From Candidatus Bathyarchaeia archaeon (GTDB taxonomy: Archaea > Thermoproteota > Bathyarchaeia > 40CM-2-53-6): a DNA stretch of 64,000 nucleotides. Made by a program: the position numbers and the translations under genes. The stretch is from contig JBEKFP010000001.1 of NCBI GenBank assembly GCA_050013255.1, positions 1,312,001 to 1,376,000 of the forward strand. Reading direction: 5' to 3'. Shown one piece after another: positions 29,003 through 37,509 of the stretch. Position 1 is the stretch's first letter. Each line of letters begins with the position of its first letter. The notes beneath the pieces were generated by a model that was not told the origin of the DNA, ran no database searches, and saw nothing but the letters and a program-made list of their open reading frames with translations.

Positions 29003-31255
29003 ATGGTAGAAATTGAAGTTAAGGACAGTGCAAGATTCATTCGGAGGCACATGAACAAGGCTCTACGACGCAGCTATCTGAAGGCACTCACTGAACCCAT
29101 CACAAATAGTGACGACAGTTATGGAAGGATCGAGAAGTCATCCCCATCTGATTTGTCACCCAAAATCATTCGAGTATATGCCTCCCCGAGAAAGAAGCAA
29201 TTCGATGTTCTAGATCTCGCTGAGGGGATTTCAAACGAAGAAATGATCAATCTATTCAGAGAATACGGTGAAGAAAAAAGAACCCACGAAATGGGAGGAC
29301 GAGGTATCTTCGGACAAGGATTGTCTGATGTACTATTTAGTAGAGAAGAGGGGGGATGGGTTCACTCAGTTAAAGATGAAGTCTATTCGGTAGCTCAGTT
29401 CAAATGGAAGAAAAAGAAAGAGAACGGAGTTTTGAAAGAACGTCGCATAATAAGAGTGCCCGGGGCAACTCGCGCGGACAGAGGAGCTAGAGAGCGTTTG
29501 AGACTACCAGAGCATAGTGGTACAGTCGTGTCATTCAAGTTCACTGAGGCTCCCTTCCCAGCTAAGGAAATACTCATTCAACGCCTATCGCAGTTTCACA
29601 TGCTTCGACTGATAAACTCGAACTCGCGTCGCAAAATCATCGTGCATTATGCTGATGAAAATGAAGAGGAAGAGCATGAGATTCGATATGAGTTTCCGCA
29701 GGGGAAGCTCATCGGGAATCTTGCAACAACCATGAAATACGATGGCGTTGACATCTCAATTGGAGGGGAGCTGTATAGATCCGACGAGCCTCTCCTTCAA
29801 AGAGAAGCGGGTGAGGATAGGCAGGGAGGGTTACTTGTCTTTGATGAAGAAGCTAGCGTTCTCGACTTGACACTCTTTGGCTATGATGAAGACCCTTTGG
29901 CGGTGCGGTTCTGGGGAAGATTGAGCCTAAAGGGCGCCCGAACCCTAGTCAGAAAGAAACTCCAAGAGCAGGACGAAATCCTTACTGAGACTCGAGATGG
30001 CTTTGTTAAGACTCACGGATTCTACGCCAAGCTAAAGCCCATCGTAGATGAGTGGTTGAAACCCTTTATCGAAGCAGAGAGAGCGAGAATCAGTCAGCAA
30101 GAATCTGCCCTCACCGAGAAGACGCACCAGGAGCATCGCAAAGCGTTCCAGATGCTTAGCGAACTGAATAGAGAGATCAACCAAGATGTTACCATCTTGT
30201 CACCTGGCACAGGAGAGGGTGGCACTGAGGAGAAACCAAAAAACGGTATAGAATTCGCCAATGAAAATTTGACGCTGCGGAAAGGCGTGAGGTATTCTGT
30301 CCAACTTCGTGTTGATGCTCGTGTGATATCTCCTGGAACGATCATCAAAATAACATCTCAAAATCCGAGCCTAAAAGTCAAACCTCGTAAACATATCGTG
30401 ACTCCACTTGCTGCTTTGCCCGATGACGAAATTGACAGAAAACGCATCATACTCTCTTGCGACTCCGTTGGAGTCAATACAAAGGTCCAGGCCAAGGCAA
30501 AGAGCCATCGAGCGGAACTAACTGCCCTCGTGGTGGAAATACCACGTTCGGAGGAGTTACCTAAGATAGTCACATTGGAACAACCCTTGGAGTTTCGACC
30601 GAGCTCGGCTCGCAGAAAGCCAGGTGCGTCCGGAACACTGCATCTGTTCATTGATAGAGAGCGGATTCCCAAAGCATCTTCAGTTCTGTTCAGTTGCAGC
30701 AATGACCGGATCAGGTTGCAATCAACAACGGTCTCCGTTTCTGCAGGAAGTGTGATCTCTGATAAAGTATCAAGAATCGATATGAACTTCGTCGGTTACA
30801 GCGAGGGGCAGACTGGCGTTGTTAAAGCGGCATGCGGTGAATGCTTTGCTGAAGCAACTGTGAAGATTACCTCGGCAGAAGGATTTGGTGATCTGTTCGT
30901 CGATTGGGATTATAGAGAAATTCACGCTGTCTTCCAAGCATATTTCGAGAAAGAGACTGGACTTGTGATTCTTAACTCAACACATCCGGTCAACAAACAG
31001 TATTTCGGAACGGATAAACCACAGGCTCATCTTGCAGTGGAAAATCAGCCACATTGTCAAATGCTCCTAGCTACCTTGATCCTCGATGTGTGTCTATGGT
31101 ACATCTACAGCGAAGCTTACAAGAACAACAGACTCGAACTTACAGACTGGTGGGAAATACAAAGATACATCGAAGAGGGAAAGCACAGGCTTGGAAAGGA
31201 ATTCATGTCTAGGTTTCTGAAACAGCCAGTTTTTGCGCAGGCTCACGAAGCCTAA
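29003..31255 (+). CDS. GHKL (HATPase_c/MORC-like) ATPase with C-terminal beta-rich domains
   Basis: EPITNSDD (N box), DLAEGI (G1), GRGIFGQG (G2), SGT. Confidence 0.8.
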   Translation: MVEIEVKDSARFIRRHMNKALRRSYLKALTEPITNSDDSYGRIEKSSPSDLSPKIIRVYASPRKKQFDVLDLAEGISNEEMINLFREYGEEKRTHEMGGRGIFGQGLSDVLFSREEGGWVHSVKDEVYSVAQFKWKKKKENGVLKERRIIRVPGATRADRGARERLRLPEHSGTVVSFKFTEAPFPAKEILIQRLSQFHMLRLINSNSRRKIIVHYADENEEEEHEIRYEFPQGKLIGNLATTMKYDGVDISIGGELYRSDEPLLQREAGEDRQGGLLVFDEEASVLDLTLFGYDEDPLAVRFWGRLSLKGARTLVRKKLQEQDEILTETRDGFVKTHGFYAKLKPIVDEWLKPFIEAERARISQQESALTEKTHQEHRKAFQMLSELNREINQDVTILSPGTGEGGTEEKPKNGIEFANENLTLRKGVRYSVQLRVDARVISPGTIIKITSQNPSLKVKPRKHIVTPLAALPDDEIDRKRIILSCDSVGVNTKVQAKAKSHRAELTALVVEIPRSEELPKIVTLEQPLEFRPSSARRKPGASGTLHLFIDRERIPKASSVLFSCSNDRIRLQSTTVSVSAGSVISDKVSRIDMNFVGYSEGQTGVVKAACGECFAEATVKITSAEGFGDLFVDWDYREIHAVFQAYFEKETGLVILNSTHPVNKQYFGTDKPQAHLAVENQPHCQMLLATLILDVCLWYIYSEAYKNNRLELTDWWEIQRYIEEGKHRLGKEFMSRFLKQPVFAQAHEA

Positions 31256-32588
31256 TTGTCGAAACTATTACCGGGTAAGACAGTTTCTTCTCTCGCTGCA
31301 ACCAGTTTTGCTCTGAAAACATGTCAGTAACGGCTATCTTGCGATCGTAGGAGATGTTTCTCTTTGAGTAGATCCACATTGTACGACTTTCTCCCTTCAA
31401 GATTGATCTGAGTTCACGGAGTGTAACGACCTTCACCAGCGTTTCAATACCATATTTCGACAGGGGGGGTTTACTCAGTTGTTTTCTAGCTTTAGTCTCC
31501 ATCAACCTTCTGCTTCTTTTCGAGGATTCGCTCCCTACTATCAAGTGGATGTCCTCTGCAGTTATCTTGTAACCTGGTGCCTTTGGCGAGAGGGGGCGCT
31601 CAACAGCTACCGCGAATCTGGTATTCGACATCGCATATTTGCCCATTGATCTCACCAGCATACGCGGTAACTTGATCAACCTGAGTTTTCGTATGTTTGA
31701 TTCGAAATTCGCGGTTTCCTTTGCGTCTATTTGTCGGAGTTCAGATCTTACTTCTCGTCTAATTGTCTTGTAGAAATTTCTGACGTACTTCCTTTGGACC
31801 TCGAATCCAGTAGACATACGACCCATACACTCCGCAGTTGCAAGAACTATCCCGGAACCGGCAAATGGATCTAGAACGATGTCATCAGGATCCGTGGTAA
31901 GTAGCAGCATTCTGCGAACCAACTCTACGGGAAATGGACAGAGATGGTAATGATTCAGCTTATTGTGGCGCCAGGATCCTTGAACTGGAATGCCGATTTT
32001 CCACACATCTGTGGGAGCAACTCCTTTTGGTGAATATCGCTCAGGATACTTCACCCACCAGCTACGAAAGTTGTCCGGGTCGGAGTCCCTAACCGCATCA
32101 GTTCGGAGTTCAAGATGGTTTTTTGCAAAAAGAAGAACATACTCGAATACATTTCTAAGTCCCGCCGTCGACCAAGGCAAATTCTTGTCTTTTTGCCAAA
32201 TGACAATATCCTTCAGTTTCCACCCTACATCTTTCATTCTACGAGCCAAGTCGAATGGCAGAGGGACGACTTCGCTATCTACCATGAACGTATTGCAAAC
32301 TAGCCAAAACGATCCACTCTCAGAAGTGAGGGAATATACTAGCTTGAAAATTCCGGTTAAAGTGTCCAGATATTTCTCGTACGTTTTCTCGTGTCCAATT
32401 TGGCGGTCGGCTTCATAATCCTTGAGCTTGTAGTATGGTGGAGAGGTTATGGTTGTGGACAGTCCAGGCCATTCAGGATCATTCAAGGCACGTTGAGCGA
32501 TAGCTTGGAGACCGTGTCTCGCATCCTGATGATGAAAGCCGAAAACTGTCCGGAATTTCGAATGAAGAGCCGATGTCCCGGCTCTCAT
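31209..32588 (-). CDS. Site-specific DNA methyltransferase (N4-C/N6-A, beta-type motif order)
   Basis: TSPPY precedes DPFAGSG; HLCPFP. Confidence 0.92.
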   Translation of the reverse strand: MRAGTSALHSKFRTVFGFHHQDARHGLQAIAQRALNDPEWPGLSTTITSPPYYKLKDYEADRQIGHEKTYEKYLDTLTGIFKLVYSLTSESGSFWLVCNTFMVDSEVVPLPFDLARRMKDVGWKLKDIVIWQKDKNLPWSTAGLRNVFEYVLLFAKNHLELRTDAVRDSDPDNFRSWWVKYPERYSPKGVAPTDVWKIGIPVQGSWRHNKLNHYHLCPFPVELVRRMLLLTTDPDDIVLDPFAGSGIVLATAECMGRMSTGFEVQRKYVRNFYKTIRREVRSELRQIDAKETANFESNIRKLRLIKLPRMLVRSMGKYAMSNTRFAVAVERPLSPKAPGYKITAEDIHLIVGSESSKRSRRLMETKARKQLSKPPLSKYGIETLVKVVTLRELRSILKGESRTMWIYSKRNISYDRKIAVTDMFSEQNWLQREKKLSYPVIVSTIRLREPAQKLAVSET

Positions 32589-34291
32589 TTCTTCTTGCCG
32601 CCTGATAAGTGTGCGAGTTTGATTTTATTGTGCTGGTTTAGTACATCGATGATCCTGTTAGCCAATCCTCTGAACGCTTGCCATCCGGTGCCGTACTTCG
32701 CGATCATGGAACTTGTGAATGACAGTGATGCGACGGGTTTCAAGTATTTCTCTAGGTCACTTAGGATCTTCTCCCTGTCTTCTTTTGATGATCCTAAGAT
32801 CTGCGTTAAGACCAAGAGCAACGCGTTTACTGCAACACTTTTCGTCACTCCGTATTTCTTCGAATCATCCCACGCGCCAGGTCTAGCATCTTCCAAGTGT
32901 TGTCTTACCAGAGTAAAATAATGCGAAAGCAGATTGACTTGCTTTTGTAGGCTCTTCACATTCGATGGATCGTCCACTGACTTGTTTACGTCGAACTTCG
33001 CATAGGTATAGAGCGGCCCAACATAGTGTATTTCGCCCGTCGTTTTGTCAACATGATTTTTCAAGAGTTCAACAGCCAAGGCGAACTTGGCAAATCCCGC
33101 CAAGGTAATCGGTCTGTCTTTTTCAATTTCAAGTACTCTGATCTTATTTTTCCACGGATCGCGAGAACTCAATGACTTAACCACAAGCGAAGGCCAAGTC
33201 AGATAGTGTTTGAGATCCTTAGTCAGACTCAGTAGGTCACAGAGGAGGGTTGGATCTATTCCCACTTGATTGTAGTTAATATCGATGAATGATTTCGCTT
33301 GGCTTTCACGACCGATGTTCTTCAATCCCACTACGATAAGATCGAATTTCTCTTGGGGCTGCGGCGAGTCAGGTGGTGGTTCCGAGAACTTCGTTCGTGT
33401 GAAGCCATATAGTCGATGCTGACCATCTACGATCCATGCAGAACAATATTTCTTCGGAATTTGGAGGATGCCTTCGAGTGGATTTGAGGCGCTCTTTGTG
33501 AATATGACTTCGCTGGCGATTTCGTCATCAAAAGCGATGAGTATTGCATTTGGGATGAGTGCACGACCAGCTAGAAAACGCCCAATCTCTTCTATGCGAC
33601 GCTCTCGAATCATTCTTTGATATGCAAATTCTGGCTTGAAACTTCGTCGAAAAACATAGGAAATAGGCAAAAGCTGATGAGGCGCAAGAGTAAATATGTA
33701 CATTTCTTGGTTGTTACCGATTCCGGGCTGTCTAACCATTATCGCCGGCCTGGGAACTGAGCCCCCCTCTTCCTCTCTTTCGATTTCGAAGTCTTTGAAG
33801 ACGGCATACTTAGTCCACTTACCGAGAGCTTTCACGATGTGACCATAGTAATCGAGCGCTGGTCCATTCAGAACTTGTACTTCACGATCCGCGGCATATT
33901 TCATCATTTCCTCATTAGGTGCATAGTTGTCTAGTGCGATAACCATCTTCACCCTCGTTGTCTTATCAAGGACGGTGGCGGTGAACCTCCCGTCTAGACT
34001 GGTTTTGATCGTAAGTGTTCCCTTTTCTCTGACGATTTCATCACGCCAATGACACCATTTGTCCACCAGGTTTTGGAACTTGACGTTGGCCGCTGTTGTG
34101 CAGTACGTGATCACAAGAACCTCTTGATGCCAAGCACAGACGTCCAGGTCAGTTTCTGAACTGGTCGTTGTCAAAATCTTGACTGCTCTGTCAGTGAGGA
34201 AGTCAGATCTCTCAAAAATTGATTTGACTCTATTTATGAGGGGAAGATCTTTCTGTCTGTCGCCGTGTGAGTCAGCAGGCATATCTTCCAT
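32585..34291 (-). CDS. DGQHR-domain (DndB-like) protein with N-terminal nuclease-like domain
   Basis: YQRM, IPNAILI, IVDGQHRL, FIDIN; start uncertain (34282-34372). Confidence 0.85.
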   Translation of the reverse strand: MEDMPADSHGDRQKDLPLINRVKSIFERSDFLTDRAVKILTTTSSETDLDVCAWHQEVLVITYCTTAANVKFQNLVDKWCHWRDEIVREKGTLTIKTSLDGRFTATVLDKTTRVKMVIALDNYAPNEEMMKYAADREVQVLNGPALDYYGHIVKALGKWTKYAVFKDFEIEREEEGGSVPRPAIMVRQPGIGNNQEMYIFTLAPHQLLPISYVFRRSFKPEFAYQRMIRERRIEEIGRFLAGRALIPNAILIAFDDEIASEVIFTKSASNPLEGILQIPKKYCSAWIVDGQHRLYGFTRTKFSEPPPDSPQPQEKFDLIVVGLKNIGRESQAKSFIDINYNQVGIDPTLLCDLLSLTKDLKHYLTWPSLVVKSLSSRDPWKNKIRVLEIEKDRPITLAGFAKFALAVELLKNHVDKTTGEIHYVGPLYTYAKFDVNKSVDDPSNVKSLQKQVNLLSHYFTLVRQHLEDARPGAWDDSKKYGVTKSVAVNALLLVLTQILGSSKEDREKILSDLEKYLKPVASLSFTSSMIAKYGTGWQAFRGLANRIIDVLNQHNKIKLAHLSGGKKK

Positions 34292-34423
34292 CCGCCAAGT
34301 GCCCTCTATTTGATTCTTATTGTTATGCGACTGTGGCCTGATTAGGGGTTGCGCAACGCGTATTCTTCGCATCTGTGGAACAAATAAGATTCAGAACTGA
34401 AACAGCTTCCTTCCGATCATCCA

Positions 34424-34555
34424 ACACATGCGGCCGGGTGAGGACAGTGATCCTTGATGGGCCGGATTCCGGGAGTCCGGCTGGATGGATTTGTTAGGGG
34501 GCACCTCCCCTAACAGCAAACACCTACACCAACCGTTTCAAAGTGTGTGTGTGTG
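34424..34555 (-). repeat. Right terminal inverted repeat
   Basis: Reverse complement matches 18273-18405; the 27 bp (CA run + tttgaaacggttgg) match perfectly. Confidence 0.92.
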
Positions 34556-34624
34556 GGTCTAATGGTGCGAGCGCTCGAATTTGAACCGGTTCATATATAC
34601 CGGTAAATTGGGGTCAGAATCCCC
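34556..34624 (-). repeat. Right TSD (34556-34569) plus tRNA-3'-like leader repeat (copy 2)
   Basis: Minus strand reads ggttcaaat-tcgagcgctc-gcacca-ttagacc. Confidence 0.92.
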
Positions 34625-34719
34625 TGCCCCGCACCACGTACGAATCCCAGACATTTCAGAAGTTTTGAGTAGTATCAGTCTTGGTCTCTATTCTTTGATC
34701 ATCCGCTGGGGTCTTGATT

Positions 34720-35457
34720 TTATGGTTCTTGAAGCATATGTTGTTTATTGCCAAACCGGTTATGGTGCATGAAGTCCTTTACGTCGCGGCGCACTCGCAG
34801 ATAGTCAGCTAGCGCAGAGCGGGGGTAGCCCACTCGGGCGGCAAAGGCAATCTTCATGTATTCAGGAATATTGAGAATCTTTTTCACCTCTTTCTCGACG
34901 GGGATTCCGCTGAAGACGCTCAGTATATGAAAGCCAATCCCCAGGGATTGAGCCATGAGCCACATGTTCTCCATAACGCAGCCGAGACTCATAATCCCCA
35001 AGACATCTCCCTCCGAAGCAGGCGCCCTTTTCCTGGAGTCATAGATCACTATCAAAAGCGTTGGGCTGCCCTGAATGCGTTCCTGCAGGGGCCACGGGCC
35101 CTCACGAACAGCTTCATCCAACCTAGCAGGATCACTCCATGACGGGGGGAACATGGCGGCGAGAATTCCAACCTTCTTTTGGAGGAACTCCTTCTTCGAG
35201 AACGAGAGTTGTTCATAGTTTTCCCTGATGAACTCCTCTGATACCTGAGACTTTATGTGCCCTATTTCTTTCAGAATTTCCTCGTCGTCGATGACGAGAA
35301 CTTCGAAGTTCTGCATGTTGTGGGCCGTGGGCGCCCAGCGCCCGGCTTCAAGAATTTGCCTCAAATCCTTTTTGGTCACAGAACGCTCCCGATCAAAGAG
35401 TCCCCTCGACGAGTGCCTTTCCTCGATGAGCTTCAGGAGATTAGTCATGATGACCAT
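34720..35457 (-). CDS. Nitroreductase family protein
   Basis: ERHSSR, APTAHNMQ, ENMWLMAQSLGIG, VGYP. Confidence 0.92.
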   Translation of the reverse strand: MVIMTNLLKLIEERHSSRGLFDRERSVTKKDLRQILEAGRWAPTAHNMQNFEVLVIDDEEILKEIGHIKSQVSEEFIRENYEQLSFSKKEFLQKKVGILAAMFPPSWSDPARLDEAVREGPWPLQERIQGSPTLLIVIYDSRKRAPASEGDVLGIMSLGCVMENMWLMAQSLGIGFHILSVFSGIPVEKEVKKILNIPEYMKIAFAARVGYPRSALADYLRVRRDVKDFMHHNRFGNKQHMLQEP

Positions 35458-35588
35458 CCCACCTTCAGAACCGCCAGAAAATGAACGTTTCCGACAAGTA
35501 TCACAGGTCCTTCAAGCGCTAGAATCCGGAGAGACTGTACCTACAATAATACCGTCTACTAGGAATTCTTACACCAACAATGGGAGCC

Positions 35589-35630
35589 TATATGTACCGG
35601 TAAATTGGGGTCGGCTGGTGCACACACGAA
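35589..35630 (-). repeat. Hybrid site: truncated leader repeat fused to a target core and (CA)n
   Basis: tatatgtaccggtaaattgg-ggtcggctggtgca-cacac. Confidence 0.7.
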
Positions 35631-35660
35631 ATGACATCCATGTCTTGATTTTGGGTTAAG

Positions 35661-36974
35661 TTACATCGCAACGTAATGGACTCGCCTTAGCTTCTCACCT
35701 TCTGGGCGCCACGTAAGCTGCTTGTCTACGCGCAACTGCATGAAGTTAACGACATTATCAACGACCTTGTTCAGCCTGCTTATGGCTAGGGAGTTGTTCC
35801 TAAGCTTCTTCAAATCTTCTTTCGTGTTCTCGCTGAGGCTTGAGAGGTTGTACCAGATCCCGAAGGGCGGGAGGATGTAACCCAAGTTCTGTAGGACCAC
35901 GAACACGTCCCAGGCCACTTTGTAAGCGCCGTCCTCGTGGCCATTCACGAATATGCCGACGGGCCGGCCCGCCCAGTCAACATGTTCAACTTTCAGCCCA
36001 ATATCCTGCAGGTTCGTCAACCGATCCAAGAATACCTTAAGCCGGCTGTTCATCCCCTCCCAATTGATCGGCGTAACCACAATCAACGAGCGGGCACGAA
36101 CGAGTTTCGGGTAGATCTTACGCATGTCATCATGCATATTGTTGCAGGGAAACCTGCAGAAATCATCTTCCAGGGAATAGCAAGCCCAGTTATGCTCAAT
36201 CTTATGTTTCGCCAAGTCCACCCAATCATACGTCACCGCCGGGTGCGCCTCTCTAAGCCTCTCGATGATTCTTGGGGCTATGAAGCCGCTGACAATATGT
36301 TGCGGGTGGGCGCTGGCGCTTATGATGAGCACGTCGATAGGAGGCTGCGCGGCGATGTCACGCCAGAACTCAATTCGCCGATCAAGAAACTCGCTCTTCT
36401 GCACGCTTTTCGTTAAGTATTCAGTTACTGCGTCTTCCTCAATCGGGTACGTCGCCTTATGGGTCAAGAGTTGGGCCGCGAGCTTCTCTTTGGATTTGAT
36501 TAATTCCCAAGGCGCCTTACACTTTGCACATAACTTGGGCGGCAACCGGCCGGTGTACTCATCCATGCAGATCAAGCATTTCCAAACAGAATTGTCATTC
36601 GCCTGTTCCTCCGGCGGTTCCAGCTTGAACGCAAATTCGTCCGCTACGGGTTTGCGTGGGGAGGTTGCTTGTCGGGAGATTAGTATTTCGTCGCCTTCCA
36701 CTTTCACCGCGTAACTTTCCACTTGCTCAGGCGCACCCTTAGGAGCCTTCCCTGTCTTCGGGTCGTACCTGTACCCATGCCAGGGGCAAACAACGTTTCC
36801 ATCCTTGTCGAAGGCACCGTCGATTAACGGCCCACCCATATGCGCGCAAACGTTCGAAATAGCAAAGTAACCATTATCAATCTGAAAAACCGCAACCGAC
36901 TTTCCTTCAACCTGGCCTAGGTATCGGTTATTTGAGAAATCCTTCTTCGAACAAACACGGACAAACGATTCCAT
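35661..36974 (-). CDS. Rieske [2Fe-2S] + rubredoxin-like + flavodoxin-like FMN reductase fusion
   Basis: CAH...CPWH; CLIC...CAKC; TPINWEGMNSRLKVFLDRL. Confidence 0.85.
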   Translation of the reverse strand: MESFVRVCSKKDFSNNRYLGQVEGKSVAVFQIDNGYFAISNVCAHMGGPLIDGAFDKDGNVVCPWHGYRYDPKTGKAPKGAPEQVESYAVKVEGDEILISRQATSPRKPVADEFAFKLEPPEEQANDNSVWKCLICMDEYTGRLPPKLCAKCKAPWELIKSKEKLAAQLLTHKATYPIEEDAVTEYLTKSVQKSEFLDRRIEFWRDIAAQPPIDVLIISASAHPQHIVSGFIAPRIIERLREAHPAVTYDWVDLAKHKIEHNWACYSLEDDFCRFPCNNMHDDMRKIYPKLVRARSLIVVTPINWEGMNSRLKVFLDRLTNLQDIGLKVEHVDWAGRPVGIFVNGHEDGAYKVAWDVFVVLQNLGYILPPFGIWYNLSSLSENTKEDLKKLRNNSLAISRLNKVVDNVVNFMQLRVDKQLTWRPEGEKLRRVHYVAM

Positions 36975-37075
36975 AACATTCCATGAGCGTGAGACGTATG
37001 AAAACCTAGGCCTACTCAGCCTCAATCAACGGAGAGTAAATAAGAGAAATTCGCCATCGAGACAAATGAACAAAC

Positions 37076-37471
37076 ATGACAACCGATGAGGAGATCTTAG
37101 AAGAATTAAGGAAGATTCGAGAAGCACTTTCACCGAAACCTACTCCGCCGCCGCCAAAGCCCAAAGGTATGTGGGCCGAGTTCATAGAATTCATCGGCAA
37201 AGCGGGGGTAATCGGGTTGGCTGTAGGCTTCATAATGGGTACTTACATTGGCAAAGTGGTCTCGGCACTTGTTCAGGACATTATAATGCCCATCCCCGGC
37301 GCGCTGTTGCCGGGAGGCGATTGGAGAAAGGCGGTATTCACCATCCCAATCGGACAGGGGATGAATTTTGCTGTGGGTGACTTTGTGGGCGTTATGTTTG
37401 ACTTTCTCATTGTCGCGGTTGTCATCTTCTTCATCGCCAGATACGCTATGAGAGCTATGGAAAAAAAGTAA
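37076..37471 (+). CDS. mscL: Large-conductance mechanosensitive channel
   Basis: EFIEFI..VIGLAVGFIMG..VSALVQDIIMP, GDF..DFLIVA. Confidence 0.9.
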   Translation: MTTDEEILEELRKIREALSPKPTPPPPKPKGMWAEFIEFIGKAGVIGLAVGFIMGTYIGKVVSALVQDIIMPIPGALLPGGDWRKAVFTIPIGQGMNFAVGDFVGVMFDFLIVAVVIFFIARYAMRAMEKK

Positions 37472-37509
37472 CCCAGGAACAGCCTCGAACCGCCAGCTGC
37501 CTGCGAGGT

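Larger units (their letters stand above)
18273..34555. mobile_element. Casposon-like element (16.3 kb) encoding stand-alone Cas1, with no PolB
   Basis: ~130-bp TIRs, 14-bp TSD, solo cas1 with C-terminal HTH. Confidence 0.9.
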
